Source: Candidatus Acidiferrum sp. (lineage in GTDB: Archaea > Thermoproteota > Bathyarchaeia > Bathyarchaeales > Bathycorpusculaceae). Taken from it: 55,998 nt of DNA. This document shows positions 27,585-35,876 of this stretch, piece by piece. The notes beneath the pieces were generated by a model. It did no database searches, was not told the DNA's origin, and saw only the letters and a list, made by a program, of their open reading frames with translations. A program made the translations under genes and the position numbers. The stretch spans positions 1 through 55,998 of the forward strand of contig DASPTR010000189.1 of assembly GCA_035623315.1 (NCBI GenBank). Reading direction: 5' to 3'. Numbering within the stretch: position 1 is the first letter of the stretch; each line of letters opens with the position of its first letter.

Positions 27585-28956
27585 CTTTCACCCACAAGCT
27601 CTTAAGCAATAAAACTGTTGTGAGCAGCAGCCCTAGGAAACCAAATCCTCCAAAAATAGTACACAAGTCTAGCCTCAGATTTAACGAGAAGAAACCTGGC
27701 AAATTCAGGTAGTTATTCACGCTTGCAGCTAGCACTTGCGGAGGATACAACGAGGTAAACATAGCCAATGGATAAAGGAACACTTGTGGACCCTGCACAA
27801 AAAGAACGAATAAAAGTCCTGCAACTGAACATATAATTATGGACCAAACGTAACGTTTCGCGATTGATAGCAGAACAACGAGCAAGGGCAACACCCATAG
27901 CAAATATTGCGGCTGAACCGTCATAGGAAATAAGAAATATATTAATTCCGTAAATAAAGCTGTCAAGAACAGAATGCTCTTTTGGTCTAACTTGAAGAAA
28001 AGGGAAAAAAGGATAGCAATCACCAAAGCAATTGCAGGATAAAACAGGAACGCTGTTTGGATTGCTGAAATATTCGAGTTAACCCACTCAGACCTTAAAG
28101 TATCTGTTGCAAAGAACCACTGATTCAGGCCACCTGTTATTGATATTTCTTTTGAAATTCCAGATGACAACAAGCCCGTATATTCTATAACCAACGGGGC
28201 AAATGAAGCAAGAGGCACCGCACACCCAGACGCGAATCTTAAGAAATCGCGCGCATTTGATTTAAAACGTGAGGTGTTCACCATAACAGTGCCTCTTTTG
28301 AAAAGCAAAACAGCGGCCAGGGGGAAAGCCACGAAGATCGGGGAGACCTTTGTCAGACCCCCCAACCCAAAAGAAAAACCGGCAGAGAAATAGCTACTCT
28401 TGAAGAGGAAGAATGCTCCCAAGAGAATGAAGAATCCAGTTGCAGCGTCATATGAACCGAGTAGAGAGGAGATGGTCAATGTCAGCGGATTGAAAAACCA
28501 AACTATGAAGCAGAGTTTTGATATCCTAGCATCGGAAGTCAATTCCTTAACGAAATAGTATACCAAAATTCCAGTCGCAAGGTCAAAGCATACAAGAGGT
28601 GTTTTCCACAAGATAAGAAATAGTGGACTGATTTCCATCATTGGAATTAGACCGGTAAAGTTGGTTCCTGACAAAATTTCTGAGACAGAGTGAAAACCGA
28701 AAGACATGCCGAATTGATACGCCAGCCTCAACAGCGGAAAAGTGAGGAAGTGTGTCAAAGGGGGGTAAATCGAAGCATGAAGAGCGTAAGGATCGTAACC
28801 GCTAATGAGATAGGCTAAACCTGACTGATACTCACTTATGTCATATGGCCACACGAAATAGGGCATTAGAACAATGCGCAAAAGCAAGCCTAAGATTATG
28901 AAACCACTAAGCTCATGATGGAAGAGGCTCCGAACAATTGAACAGATTTTTTTCAT
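27571..28956 (-). CDS. GT-C fold polytopic glycosyltransferase (DUF2029/GT87-like), stand-alone
   Basis: 461 aa and multi-TM, with WPYDISEYQSGLAYLISGYDPYALHASIYPPLTHF. It has a 4-nt start/stop overlap with the upstream GT2. Confidence 0.6.
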   Translation of the reverse strand: MKKICSIVRSLFHHELSGFIILGLLLRIVLMPYFVWPYDISEYQSGLAYLISGYDPYALHASIYPPLTHFLTFPLLRLAYQFGMSFGFHSVSEILSGTNFTGLIPMMEISPLFLILWKTPLVCFDLATGILVYYFVKELTSDARISKLCFIVWFFNPLTLTISSLLGSYDAATGFFILLGAFFLFKSSYFSAGFSFGLGGLTKVSPIFVAFPLAAVLLFKRGTVMVNTSRFKSNARDFLRFASGCAVPLASFAPLVIEYTGLLSSGISKEISITGGLNQWFFATDTLRSEWVNSNISAIQTAFLFYPAIALVIAILFSLFFKLDQKSILFLTALFTELIYFLFPMTVQPQYLLWVLPLLVVLLSIAKRYVWSIIICSVAGLLFVLFVQGPQVFLYPLAMFTSLYPPQVLAASVNNYLNLPGFFSLNLRLDLCTIFGGFGFLGLLLTTVLLLKSLWVKDDEK

Positions 28957-30074
28957 CCTGCAGACCGCGACGTATCTCTACTATTCAAGTTTTTGGTTGT
29001 CTGAGCAGCATGCCAAATACGATAGTGTCTTTTCCTGACGCAAAAATCCCAGACCCCTAGAATTCTCCCTGATCCTTCCAGCAACATGTATGCAGCTATT
29101 TGAGAGCTCTTGTTAGGGTTTTCTCTTAGATAATTAAGCAGTTCTTTGACTATTTTGACTGAACCCTCAGGAGTCATGGAAGAAACCAAATAGGATTCGT
29201 GGGCTTTAATGAAGAGATGCCCCGAGTAGTGTCTCCTGATCTGATTAAGAAATTCCACGACAGTGTCAGGACCCTTGTTAAAAACGATGGAGTCACTCAC
29301 TCGCACTGTCTTGAAGGCTCTATGGCGTACAGCAGCTTCAACGTACGCTTCATCTGCGGAAACTCCATCAGGTATGCGATTCATGAGGCTCTTTCTGAAC
29401 GCTATAGTTTCGCCATGTCTCTCACACGCGTAGTGCAGTCTCCAATGTATTTCAGCTACAGTTCCCATGAAGCAGCGAGAATCATTAATCGGGACAGGTC
29501 TTGCACTAGTCAGCCCAATTCTTTCGTCTCCGATTATCGGTGAAACGAGGTTCTGTAGGGTTCTTTCGTCAAAAATGACGTCACCACTTGATACCACTAC
29601 GACTTCATTCCTGCTTATCTTTAAGAACTCGTTTATACCTGAAGCCTTACCCTCGGCTACGTTCTGAACCAGAAGCCGAACTTTGTTGTCTTTTTTCATA
29701 TACCTCAGCACAAACTCGTCAGTCTTGTCCTCTGAACCAGAAGAAACCACTATGACTTCATCAATCATAAAATCTCTCAACTTCTGGCCAGAAACATTTT
29801 GAAGCAGATTCAGAATGTTCTTGTCTTCATTATGAACGATTATGCCCACACTAATCTTAGGTATCGAATACACGGGTAGTTCGTTCGTGCTTCGCAGGCT
29901 TGAAACGTTGCTCCAAACATTTCTGAAATTGGCCTGTCTCTCTGAAGCAATATCATTTGGCTGCAATAGAATCTCCTTGTGCAAAAATCCTTGGCAACGT
30001 ATACTGATCTCATAACGGACATAAAGTTTTTGATAACTACAATCCTGAGTCTGGCCGCCGCCCAAATTATGCAA
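28953..30074 (-). CDS. Family 2 glycosyltransferase (intact copy)
   Basis: Blocks seen: ISVGIIVHNEDKNI, VIVVSSGSEDKTD, VVVSSGDVIF (DxD-like), QIRRHYSG (QxxRW-like). The exact N-terminus is uncertain. Part of the extension is shared with the remnant at 23174..23446. Confidence 0.75.
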   Translation of the reverse strand: MHNLGGGQTQDCSYQKLYVRYEISIRCQGFLHKEILLQPNDIASERQANFRNVWSNVSSLRSTNELPVYSIPKISVGIIVHNEDKNILNLLQNVSGQKLRDFMIDEVIVVSSGSEDKTDEFVLRYMKKDNKVRLLVQNVAEGKASGINEFLKISRNEVVVVSSGDVIFDERTLQNLVSPIIGDERIGLTSARPVPINDSRCFMGTVAEIHWRLHYACERHGETIAFRKSLMNRIPDGVSADEAYVEAAVRHRAFKTVRVSDSIVFNKGPDTVVEFLNQIRRHYSGHLFIKAHESYLVSSMTPEGSVKIVKELLNYLRENPNKSSQIAAYMLLEGSGRILGVWDFCVRKRHYRIWHAAQTTKNLNSRDTSRSAG

Positions 30075-30237
30075 ACGCTATCGACATCATGATACCTCTT
30101 ATCTTTCAAAAAAGCGCGAAAACTTGATGCAATGCAGAATCATTCATTGTGCTCAGCCTTGACGTATAATTGCGTCATTGAATTCGCATGACTGCACGAC
30201 TGCTGAAATGACCATGTTACAGAATGACAGGCGCGTC

Positions 30238-30987
30238 TTAGCTTCTCTTTAAGACCACTTTCATCAGAATGTAATGGACAAATCCTTTTATTTCGTTACT
30301 TGTGAGTTTTGATTTTCCTTTTTTCCTGTTTACGAAAGTTATTGGGGTCTCGGCAATTCTCAATTTTCGGAGGTATGATTGTCTGATTGTTTCTATTTGA
30401 ATTTCATACGTCTGACTATGCAAGTCGTTGATTATTTGCCTGACTAGATCGGTTGAATAACAGCGGAGGCCGCTCGTGTAATCATGTATCCTCGCGCCTA
30501 TCAGAAAAGAAGACGTTGTGTTGGCTAGACGGCTTATCACCCACCGAAACATGCTCCAGTTTGCCACTCTTCCTCCGACGCAGTATCTGCTTCCTATGGC
30601 AAGTCCATTCACTTCTTTCGCTGCGGCAACTACAGCAGGAACATCTGCTGGATTGTGTGAGTAATCAGCATCCATAGTGACTATGTAATTGGGAGGGTTT
30701 TCAAGAGACAAGAACGTTTTGAAACCGTCAGTTATAGCAGTTCCCAATCCAGATTTCTTAGGCCTTACTAGAAGCAAGATGTTCTCGTACTTTTCCTGAA
30801 GACTTCTTACCACATCCGCCGTATGGTCTGGACTTGAGTCATCAATCACCAAGATGGAAACATTGAGGTTCAAACCCTCGATTTCGTGAACCAACTTCTC
30901 AATGTTTGCCACTTCACAATAAGTTGGCAGAATAAAGCCTAACTCGGAGTCTATTCCCAAATTCCCCTCTATAGGCGAAGGGCTCAT
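30238..30987 (-). CDS. Dolichyl/polyprenyl-phosphate mannose synthase-like GT2 (Dpm1 family)
   Basis: Blocks seen: LGFILPTYCEVANI, ILVIDDSSPDHT, KSGLGTAITDGF, VTMDADYSHNP. It is a short soluble GT2 of 249 aa. A GGTGAT Shine-Dalgarno-like box lies 8 nt upstream of the ATG. Confidence 0.8.
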   Translation of the reverse strand: MSPSPIEGNLGIDSELGFILPTYCEVANIEKLVHEIEGLNLNVSILVIDDSSPDHTADVVRSLQEKYENILLLVRPKKSGLGTAITDGFKTFLSLENPPNYIVTMDADYSHNPADVPAVVAAAKEVNGLAIGSRYCVGGRVANWSMFRWVISRLANTTSSFLIGARIHDYTSGLRCYSTDLVRQIINDLHSQTYEIQIETIRQSYLRKLRIAETPITFVNRKKGKSKLTSNEIKGFVHYILMKVVLKRS

Positions 30988-31031
30988 TTTAGTTGATCAC
31001 CTTGATAATAGCGATCACTTAAGAATGCTTA

Positions 31032-31041
31032 ATATATAAAA
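31032..31041. promoter_or_regulatory. AT-rich TATA-like element in the divergent intergenic region
   Basis: atatataaaa lies between the divergent GT2 genes (30987 minus, 31193/31238 plus). The call rests on position only. Confidence 0.3.
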
Positions 31042-31192
31042 GCTCCTACAAAAACAAAACCCTTCGCCAACGTGCAGTTAAATACATCTTTAAACACGAG
31101 ATCAAAAACACGGTTTAGAACTAGATCTTATATGGAGGATAGTCGTAAGTATCATCGAAAGAAGATTCAAGGAAAGTCAAGGTTGTCCCCGT

Positions 31193-31993
31193 ATGTTGCC
31201 CCTCAATAGGCTGAAAACAGAGACCATCCGTCCAGAGATGACGAAGCCCATTCTCGTTGGGAAAGAGGATTTCGTAAAAGCTCCCTTGTTTTCTTTGGTA
31301 ATTCCGGTCTATAACGAGGCCGACATCGTGGTTGAAAGCCTGAATGTCCTCCACAGGTTTTTCAGAAGAACCAATTGCGAACTGATAGTTTTTGATGATT
31401 GCAGCGAGGATGAGACGCGCCTAAAATTGGAGAACGCAGTTAGTTTCTGGAAGAACCCACGAATGCAGTTCCTTCACTCATCCAATAGAATAGGAAAAGG
31501 CGGGACCATAAAGAACGCTGTAAAAAAAGCAAACGGCGAAGTGGTCATAATGATGGATGTCGACCTGTCGGCGGACCTTGGAAGCCTCCCAGTTCTCATA
31601 AGAGAAGCACGTGAAAGCGGAGGACTCGTAATAGGCGAAAGAAGCCTTTCTGACAGATCAGGTCAAGGCCTGCTCAGAGTTATGTTGAGCGTTGCCTATA
31701 ACACCTGTGTCAGAGCGATGTTCAGAACGGGCGTCAGAGATCATCAGTGCGGCTTCAAAGCCATGAGAACGGATGTCGCTCGTAAACTTATGACAGAGAC
31801 GAAAAATGACGGTTTTGTCTTCGACACCGAACTGATTGTTCTTGCGACCAAACGCAGTGTGCCTGTCAGAAAGGTCCCAGTCAAATGGACGAGTAATCGC
31901 CCAAAGAGGTCAAATCTAAAATGGCTCAAGATTGGCGTTACAATGATGAAAGACCTCATCATGCTGAAGCTTTCTGACTCGCATAATTTGTAA
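31193..31993 (+). CDS. Polyprenyl-phosphate hexose synthase-like GT2 (Alg5/AglK-like)
   Basis: Blocks seen: FSLVIPVYNEADIV, LIVFDDCSEDET, GKGGTIKNAV, IMMDVDLSADL. The ATG at 31238 (MTKPILV) is the likely start. Confidence 0.75.
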   Translation: MLPLNRLKTETIRPEMTKPILVGKEDFVKAPLFSLVIPVYNEADIVVESLNVLHRFFRRTNCELIVFDDCSEDETRLKLENAVSFWKNPRMQFLHSSNRIGKGGTIKNAVKKANGEVVIMMDVDLSADLGSLPVLIREARESGGLVIGERSLSDRSGQGLLRVMLSVAYNTCVRAMFRTGVRDHQCGFKAMRTDVARKLMTETKNDGFVFDTELIVLATKRSVPVRKVPVKWTSNRPKRSNLKWLKIGVTMMKDLIMLKLSDSHNL

Positions 31994-32016
31994 CCAACAC
32001 ATCATAACGGTATGAG

Positions 32017-33051
32017 TTATCCAGCGGTGAGTTTTCTTCTGTAATAAGCCAGAGGGTGACTTATCCTCCTGCAAAGCTCATTTGGACCAGCACAGACTCC
32101 ATGAGTTTGCAGCGTGTCGCACTTCGGCGGAATATAGCGTGTTCTGGAGCCCTTTTCCCCAGCAATGTGTTCAACTTGGTATCGTGTCATCCTCTCGTTG
32201 AAGTCGGAGAAGTTTCTGTAAAGCTCAATGACCTTCTCTGTGGGCATGCCCACGTTTATCAGGAAGGATGTGAGGGTGAATCGTCCCACGTGAGATAGGT
32301 GACGACCAGAAGTGAAGGTTTGGTAAAGAGCTTCGATGCAAGGTGGAAAAGCCGCTTGCACAGTTACCTGTGGGAGAGTCTCCATCTCTGTTTTCCCTAT
32401 CTTTTCAATGGCCAGCTTCTTCATTTTCTCGGCTGTCTCTCTTATGATTGCAGGAAAGGCGGGAAGGTCTTTCACTTCGAGCCGTTTCTCGACGTGTCTT
32501 CTAACTTCTTCACTTAGTAAGCGTGTGACCTCGTTCCTCGTCAAATAGACGTTGCCACTAGTTAAGATTCGGTTGACAAGTTTCCATTTTCCATCCTTCA
32601 AATGAGTCGTATTCTTCACGTAATCGATGAAACTTAGCAGGAATTCGCAGCCGATTTGGACATTATTGTTCTGTGCCAAGTTCCACCCAAAATTCTTGGC
32701 TATCGCCATGATTTTCTCTTTAGGTTCACCCCTCATTTCCTCGTTAGCTTGTTTTGCCTCGGCCAACGCGTACCGTTTCTTTATGAGGCGATCCTCCGTA
32801 GCTAATACCAGCAGAATCGCGGTCGGAAATGACAGAATCTCGACTTCAGCGTTCCTCAGTCTAGTTCCGGTCACCGTGTACAAGATTGCCTCTTCGACCC
32901 TGTCTTCTGCGCGTTCAAAAACGCTCGAAAACCCTGGTCCCGCAAGATCTTCAACCTTCAGATCCAGCGTCTTCACGTAGTCTGTCGTTTCCTTGAGAAA
33001 TGGATACTTGGCTAAGTCGTTCTTCGTAAACCTGACGACGGCACGCTGCAT
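32017..33051 (-). CDS. priL: DNA primase large subunit PriL
   Basis: Fe-S domain cysteines are present: FPPCIEALYQ ... PPKCDTLQTHGVCAGPNELCRRISHPLAYY. 344 aa. Confidence 0.9.
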   Translation of the reverse strand: MQRAVVRFTKNDLAKYPFLKETTDYVKTLDLKVEDLAGPGFSSVFERAEDRVEEAILYTVTGTRLRNAEVEILSFPTAILLVLATEDRLIKKRYALAEAKQANEEMRGEPKEKIMAIAKNFGWNLAQNNNVQIGCEFLLSFIDYVKNTTHLKDGKWKLVNRILTSGNVYLTRNEVTRLLSEEVRRHVEKRLEVKDLPAFPAIIRETAEKMKKLAIEKIGKTEMETLPQVTVQAAFPPCIEALYQTFTSGRHLSHVGRFTLTSFLINVGMPTEKVIELYRNFSDFNERMTRYQVEHIAGEKGSRTRYIPPKCDTLQTHGVCAGPNELCRRISHPLAYYRRKLTAG

Positions 33052-33064
33052 TTTGTTTTTCTCA

Positions 33065-33820
33065 TCAGTCTGTTTCTATTCTGGGTGCAAGATAGAACGT
33101 CAGCTTACCACCCTTAATTTGCTGAAAGTCCAACTTCACCGGCATGTCTGACGAAAACTCTAACGTTGCAATGTCAGAGGTGGCAGATGCTGCCTTGATG
33201 ATTTCCGTAAGATAACTCAGGCTGAACGTTGCCTTGGAAGGCTCTTTCGCTTCCAGATCCAACAGCGTGTCGCTTCCCTTCAGGATCGTTATCGTCGCAC
33301 CCATAAGGTCGCCAGCCGCGTTAAAAACGAGTTTTTCCTGATCTGCTTCAAGCTTTACATGATCGCTTACAAGCTGAGCGTCCTCGATTGCTTGACCCAG
33401 ACCCTCCGTAGTAGCTTTAACTTTGACGTTGAAAGAGAGCTTTGGAGTGGGAACTTCCTCTTCAGACGCCTCAAGTGTTGGCATAGTGAAGTTCCGAGAG
33501 TACTTGCCAACTATGGCCACTTGCAGGCGCCCAGTTTTCTCGTCCAAAGAAAGCTCAACAACTTCATCCTTGCCAGCTCTTTTCAGAAGCTTCAGCAATT
33601 CAGTGATGTTAATACACATCTTAGCAGGAGCATCACAAACATACTCTTCAAAAACACTCTTCGGCCAATCAAAATCAATCATGGCAACTCTGGACGGATC
33701 CATTGCCCGCAATTTTAGACCCTCAGGGTCCAGCTTAAACGTTGCCTCATCTACAAGGATCGAGATAGACGTTATCATGTCCCTCAGGAGCTTAGCATCC
33801 GCGACCTTAAGTTTGAACAT
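33065..33820 (-). CDS. pcn: DNA polymerase sliding clamp PCNA
   Basis: MFKLKVADAKLLRDMITSISILVDEATFKLDPEGLKLRAMDPSRVAMIDF, with a two-domain clamp pattern over 251 aa. ATG at 33820; the track begins at a TTG at 33829. Confidence 0.9.
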   Translation of the reverse strand: MFKLKVADAKLLRDMITSISILVDEATFKLDPEGLKLRAMDPSRVAMIDFDWPKSVFEEYVCDAPAKMCINITELLKLLKRAGKDEVVELSLDEKTGRLQVAIVGKYSRNFTMPTLEASEEEVPTPKLSFNVKVKATTEGLGQAIEDAQLVSDHVKLEADQEKLVFNAAGDLMGATITILKGSDTLLDLEAKEPSKATFSLSYLTEIIKAASATSDIATLEFSSDMPVKLDFQQIKGGKLTFYLAPRIETD

Positions 33821-34018
33821 CAGAGTCAACCCTCTATTGGATATACCAACTTGCTAATAAGGGAAAGCCAAATCAATGACCTTTCCACCGCTTAGCCCTG
33901 ACTGTGCTTTAACATTAGAGAAAGACAAGAAGTTTTAAGCCTTTCGCAGAGCCAAAGAGAACGTTCTCTCGAGGCTATCTTTGCACTACAAGGCAAGCGA
34001 AACTCCATTCAGAACATT

Positions 34019-34711
34019 ATGGACAAGCTTTGTCTTAGGCTTCAGACAATGTCTCTTCCACAAATCATAAGAGTTGAACCAGAATACTGCTTCTTGACCT
34101 CTATGCCGAGCGAGACACACGATAGATTAGTTGGAAGACTACTACTCGCTGCAATGGTCCTGGGTTTGATCAGTTTATTGGTGCCTTGGTGGAATTTAAT
34201 CGCTTTCAAGAATGGTCAACTCTCCGCCTCTTTTAACTCAAATCTGTGGGGAGTCATGATAACAGGGTTCCTAAAGTCAAACTTCTCATATGAGTGGTGG
34301 TCTTACACGGCATTTGCCCTGGTCGCCACTGGATGCTTCAGTTTTCTGCTTGGGTACCGATCTTTGAAACCAAGTCCAAGGAGAACGAAGAGACTGACAG
34401 TCTTGGGATCAGTCTTAACCATCGCGGCATGCATACTGTACCCCATAGGCCTTTCGTATGCGTTGCCACCACAGTATTCTCCAAGTTCTTTCATGAAGCT
34501 GTGGATAATAGGCACACCGAGCAGGTATTATACGATCGGAACATACAAATTATTTTACCTCGGCGGTCCATCCGGTTTGCAATTGACGTTTGCTGAGTTT
34601 CTGAGTGCGGGTTTCTTTTTGGCCCTAATTTCCATAGTGCTGTCACTTATCGTCATACTAATGCTAACCCAGAAGACATCAAGGGCTGCAACAGAGAGTG
34701 TTGATTCATAA
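34019..34711 (+). CDS. Hypothetical membrane protein (about 5 TM)
   Basis: This long ORF has several hydrophobic helices. I recognise no family motifs. Confidence 0.4.
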   Translation: MDKLCLRLQTMSLPQIIRVEPEYCFLTSMPSETHDRLVGRLLLAAMVLGLISLLVPWWNLIAFKNGQLSASFNSNLWGVMITGFLKSNFSYEWWSYTAFALVATGCFSFLLGYRSLKPSPRRTKRLTVLGSVLTIAACILYPIGLSYALPPQYSPSSFMKLWIIGTPSRYYTIGTYKLFYLGGPSGLQLTFAEFLSAGFFLALISIVLSLIVILMLTQKTSRAATESVDS

Positions 34712-34775
34712 TTTTCGCAAGCCTGATCCACTGCCTAACGTCATTGACATGACGACTTAACAATTAACAGAGCAG

Positions 34776-35129
34776 TTAGCTGTATTCTCTGTACGTGTAT
34801 TCGCATTTTGTGCAGCGGAGGAATTGAGTTGAAGATTCATCGGCTCCTCTGGTTTGCACTTGCCAAACGTAAGCCAAGTTGTTTCCACATTTTGGGCATT
34901 CGATTCTCACAGTAGGTAGTGTTCGAAGCTTCTGCTCTTCCTTGCCTATGACAGCCACAAGTTGTCGAGGGTTAGGCTGGATGATCTTTGCAGCTTTCGG
35001 TTCAACTTTCTTTTCGGATGCTCGTTTCTTGTACCCGCACTTTGGACAAGTCATTACCAAAGCTGCTTCTTTCCCAGTTTTCCCCTTTTTGGGTGCTAGG
35101 CGAGATCCGCATTTTGGACAAAATTCCAT
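34776..35129 (-). CDS. tfs: Transcription factor S (TFS / RpoM-like)
   Basis: The N-terminal ribbon is CPKCGS...CPKCG. The C-terminal TFIIS-type ribbon is CPKCGNNLAYVWQVQTRGADESSTQFLRCTKCEY, with the acidic DE hairpin. ATG at 35129 (MEFCPKCG). Confidence 0.9.
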   Translation of the reverse strand: MEFCPKCGSRLAPKKGKTGKEAALVMTCPKCGYKKRASEKKVEPKAAKIIQPNPRQLVAVIGKEEQKLRTLPTVRIECPKCGNNLAYVWQVQTRGADESSTQFLRCTKCEYTYREYS

Positions 35130-35209
35130 GCTGCCTGGCTCCACTGTTCGTTTGTCTCACCTTAGCAAAGTCTCTTTTAAACCTTTTCTTGCCTCCCCAA
35201 TTAGTGGGG

Positions 35210-35803
35210 CTAAGTGGCACAAGCGCTAATTCCAGAGGCAACCAAGTGAGCTACTCGCAAAGCTTCAGGAATGTTGCTCCTCGTAGAAGTAACCTGCAAG
35301 ATTTTCCTAGCGTCTTCCTCGCAAATGCCGGCTATCTGCATGTAGACACTTGAGGCTTTGTTTCTTGTACGGACTTCGAACAGTTCTCCGGTGCCTCGTA
35401 TCGCCCTCCAACGATTTTCTCTGTTGGGTAGATTCTTCAGGGCCAGCTGAATTTCTTCGAAGTTGGGTCTGTCCCGAGTGACCGCAATGACTGGAAGCAT
35501 TGTCGCAGTGTTAAGCCTGTTGATGTCCACCACGTTGAAACCAGCGAATGTAACACCGTTGAGGATTATCACTCTCAGCTGTTTGTGATGCGGCGATCCT
35601 ATTATCATAGAAGCTATCTTGCGTGTACCGTCCATGCCGTCCACCTTTATTTTCGTGTGCATAACGCCGTCAAGCCAGTAGCCGCCGCGGAAGACCACGC
35701 CAACTATCAGAGCATAACCTTTTGAATGAGGAGTAAAAACGCCGTCGTCGACCCCTAAGACACGAACCTCAGGCTTAACGATACGGAACTTCTCACATGA
35801 CAA
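35210..35803 (-). CDS. DUF99/UPF0215 family protein (endonuclease dU-like)
   Basis: VRVLGVDDGVF...ALIVGVVFRGGYWLDGVMHTKIKVDGMDGT shows the characteristic N-terminal pattern of the archaeal DUF99 family. Confidence 0.65.
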   Translation of the reverse strand: MSCEKFRIVKPEVRVLGVDDGVFTPHSKGYALIVGVVFRGGYWLDGVMHTKIKVDGMDGTRKIASMIIGSPHHKQLRVIILNGVTFAGFNVVDINRLNTATMLPVIAVTRDRPNFEEIQLALKNLPNRENRWRAIRGTGELFEVRTRNKASSVYMQIAGICEEDARKILQVTSTRSNIPEALRVAHLVASGISACAT

Positions 35804-35844
35804 AAGAAAACCTCAAACATGACACAAATACCAAGGCGATTAAC

Positions 35845-35852
35845 TTTATAAG
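35845..35852 (+). promoter_or_regulatory. TATA box of a probably leaderless transcript
   Basis: tttataag is centred about 28 nt upstream of the ATG at 35877. Confidence 0.35.
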
Positions 35853-35876
35853 CTGATACTATGGTCAGCTATCATC

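Noticed and set aside
31121-31354. A 77-aa minus-strand ORF in the divergent GT2 promoter region.
   Set aside because: It overlaps the 5' end of the plus-strand GT2 gene (31193/31238..31993), which has clear GT2 motifs, and it has no motifs of its own.
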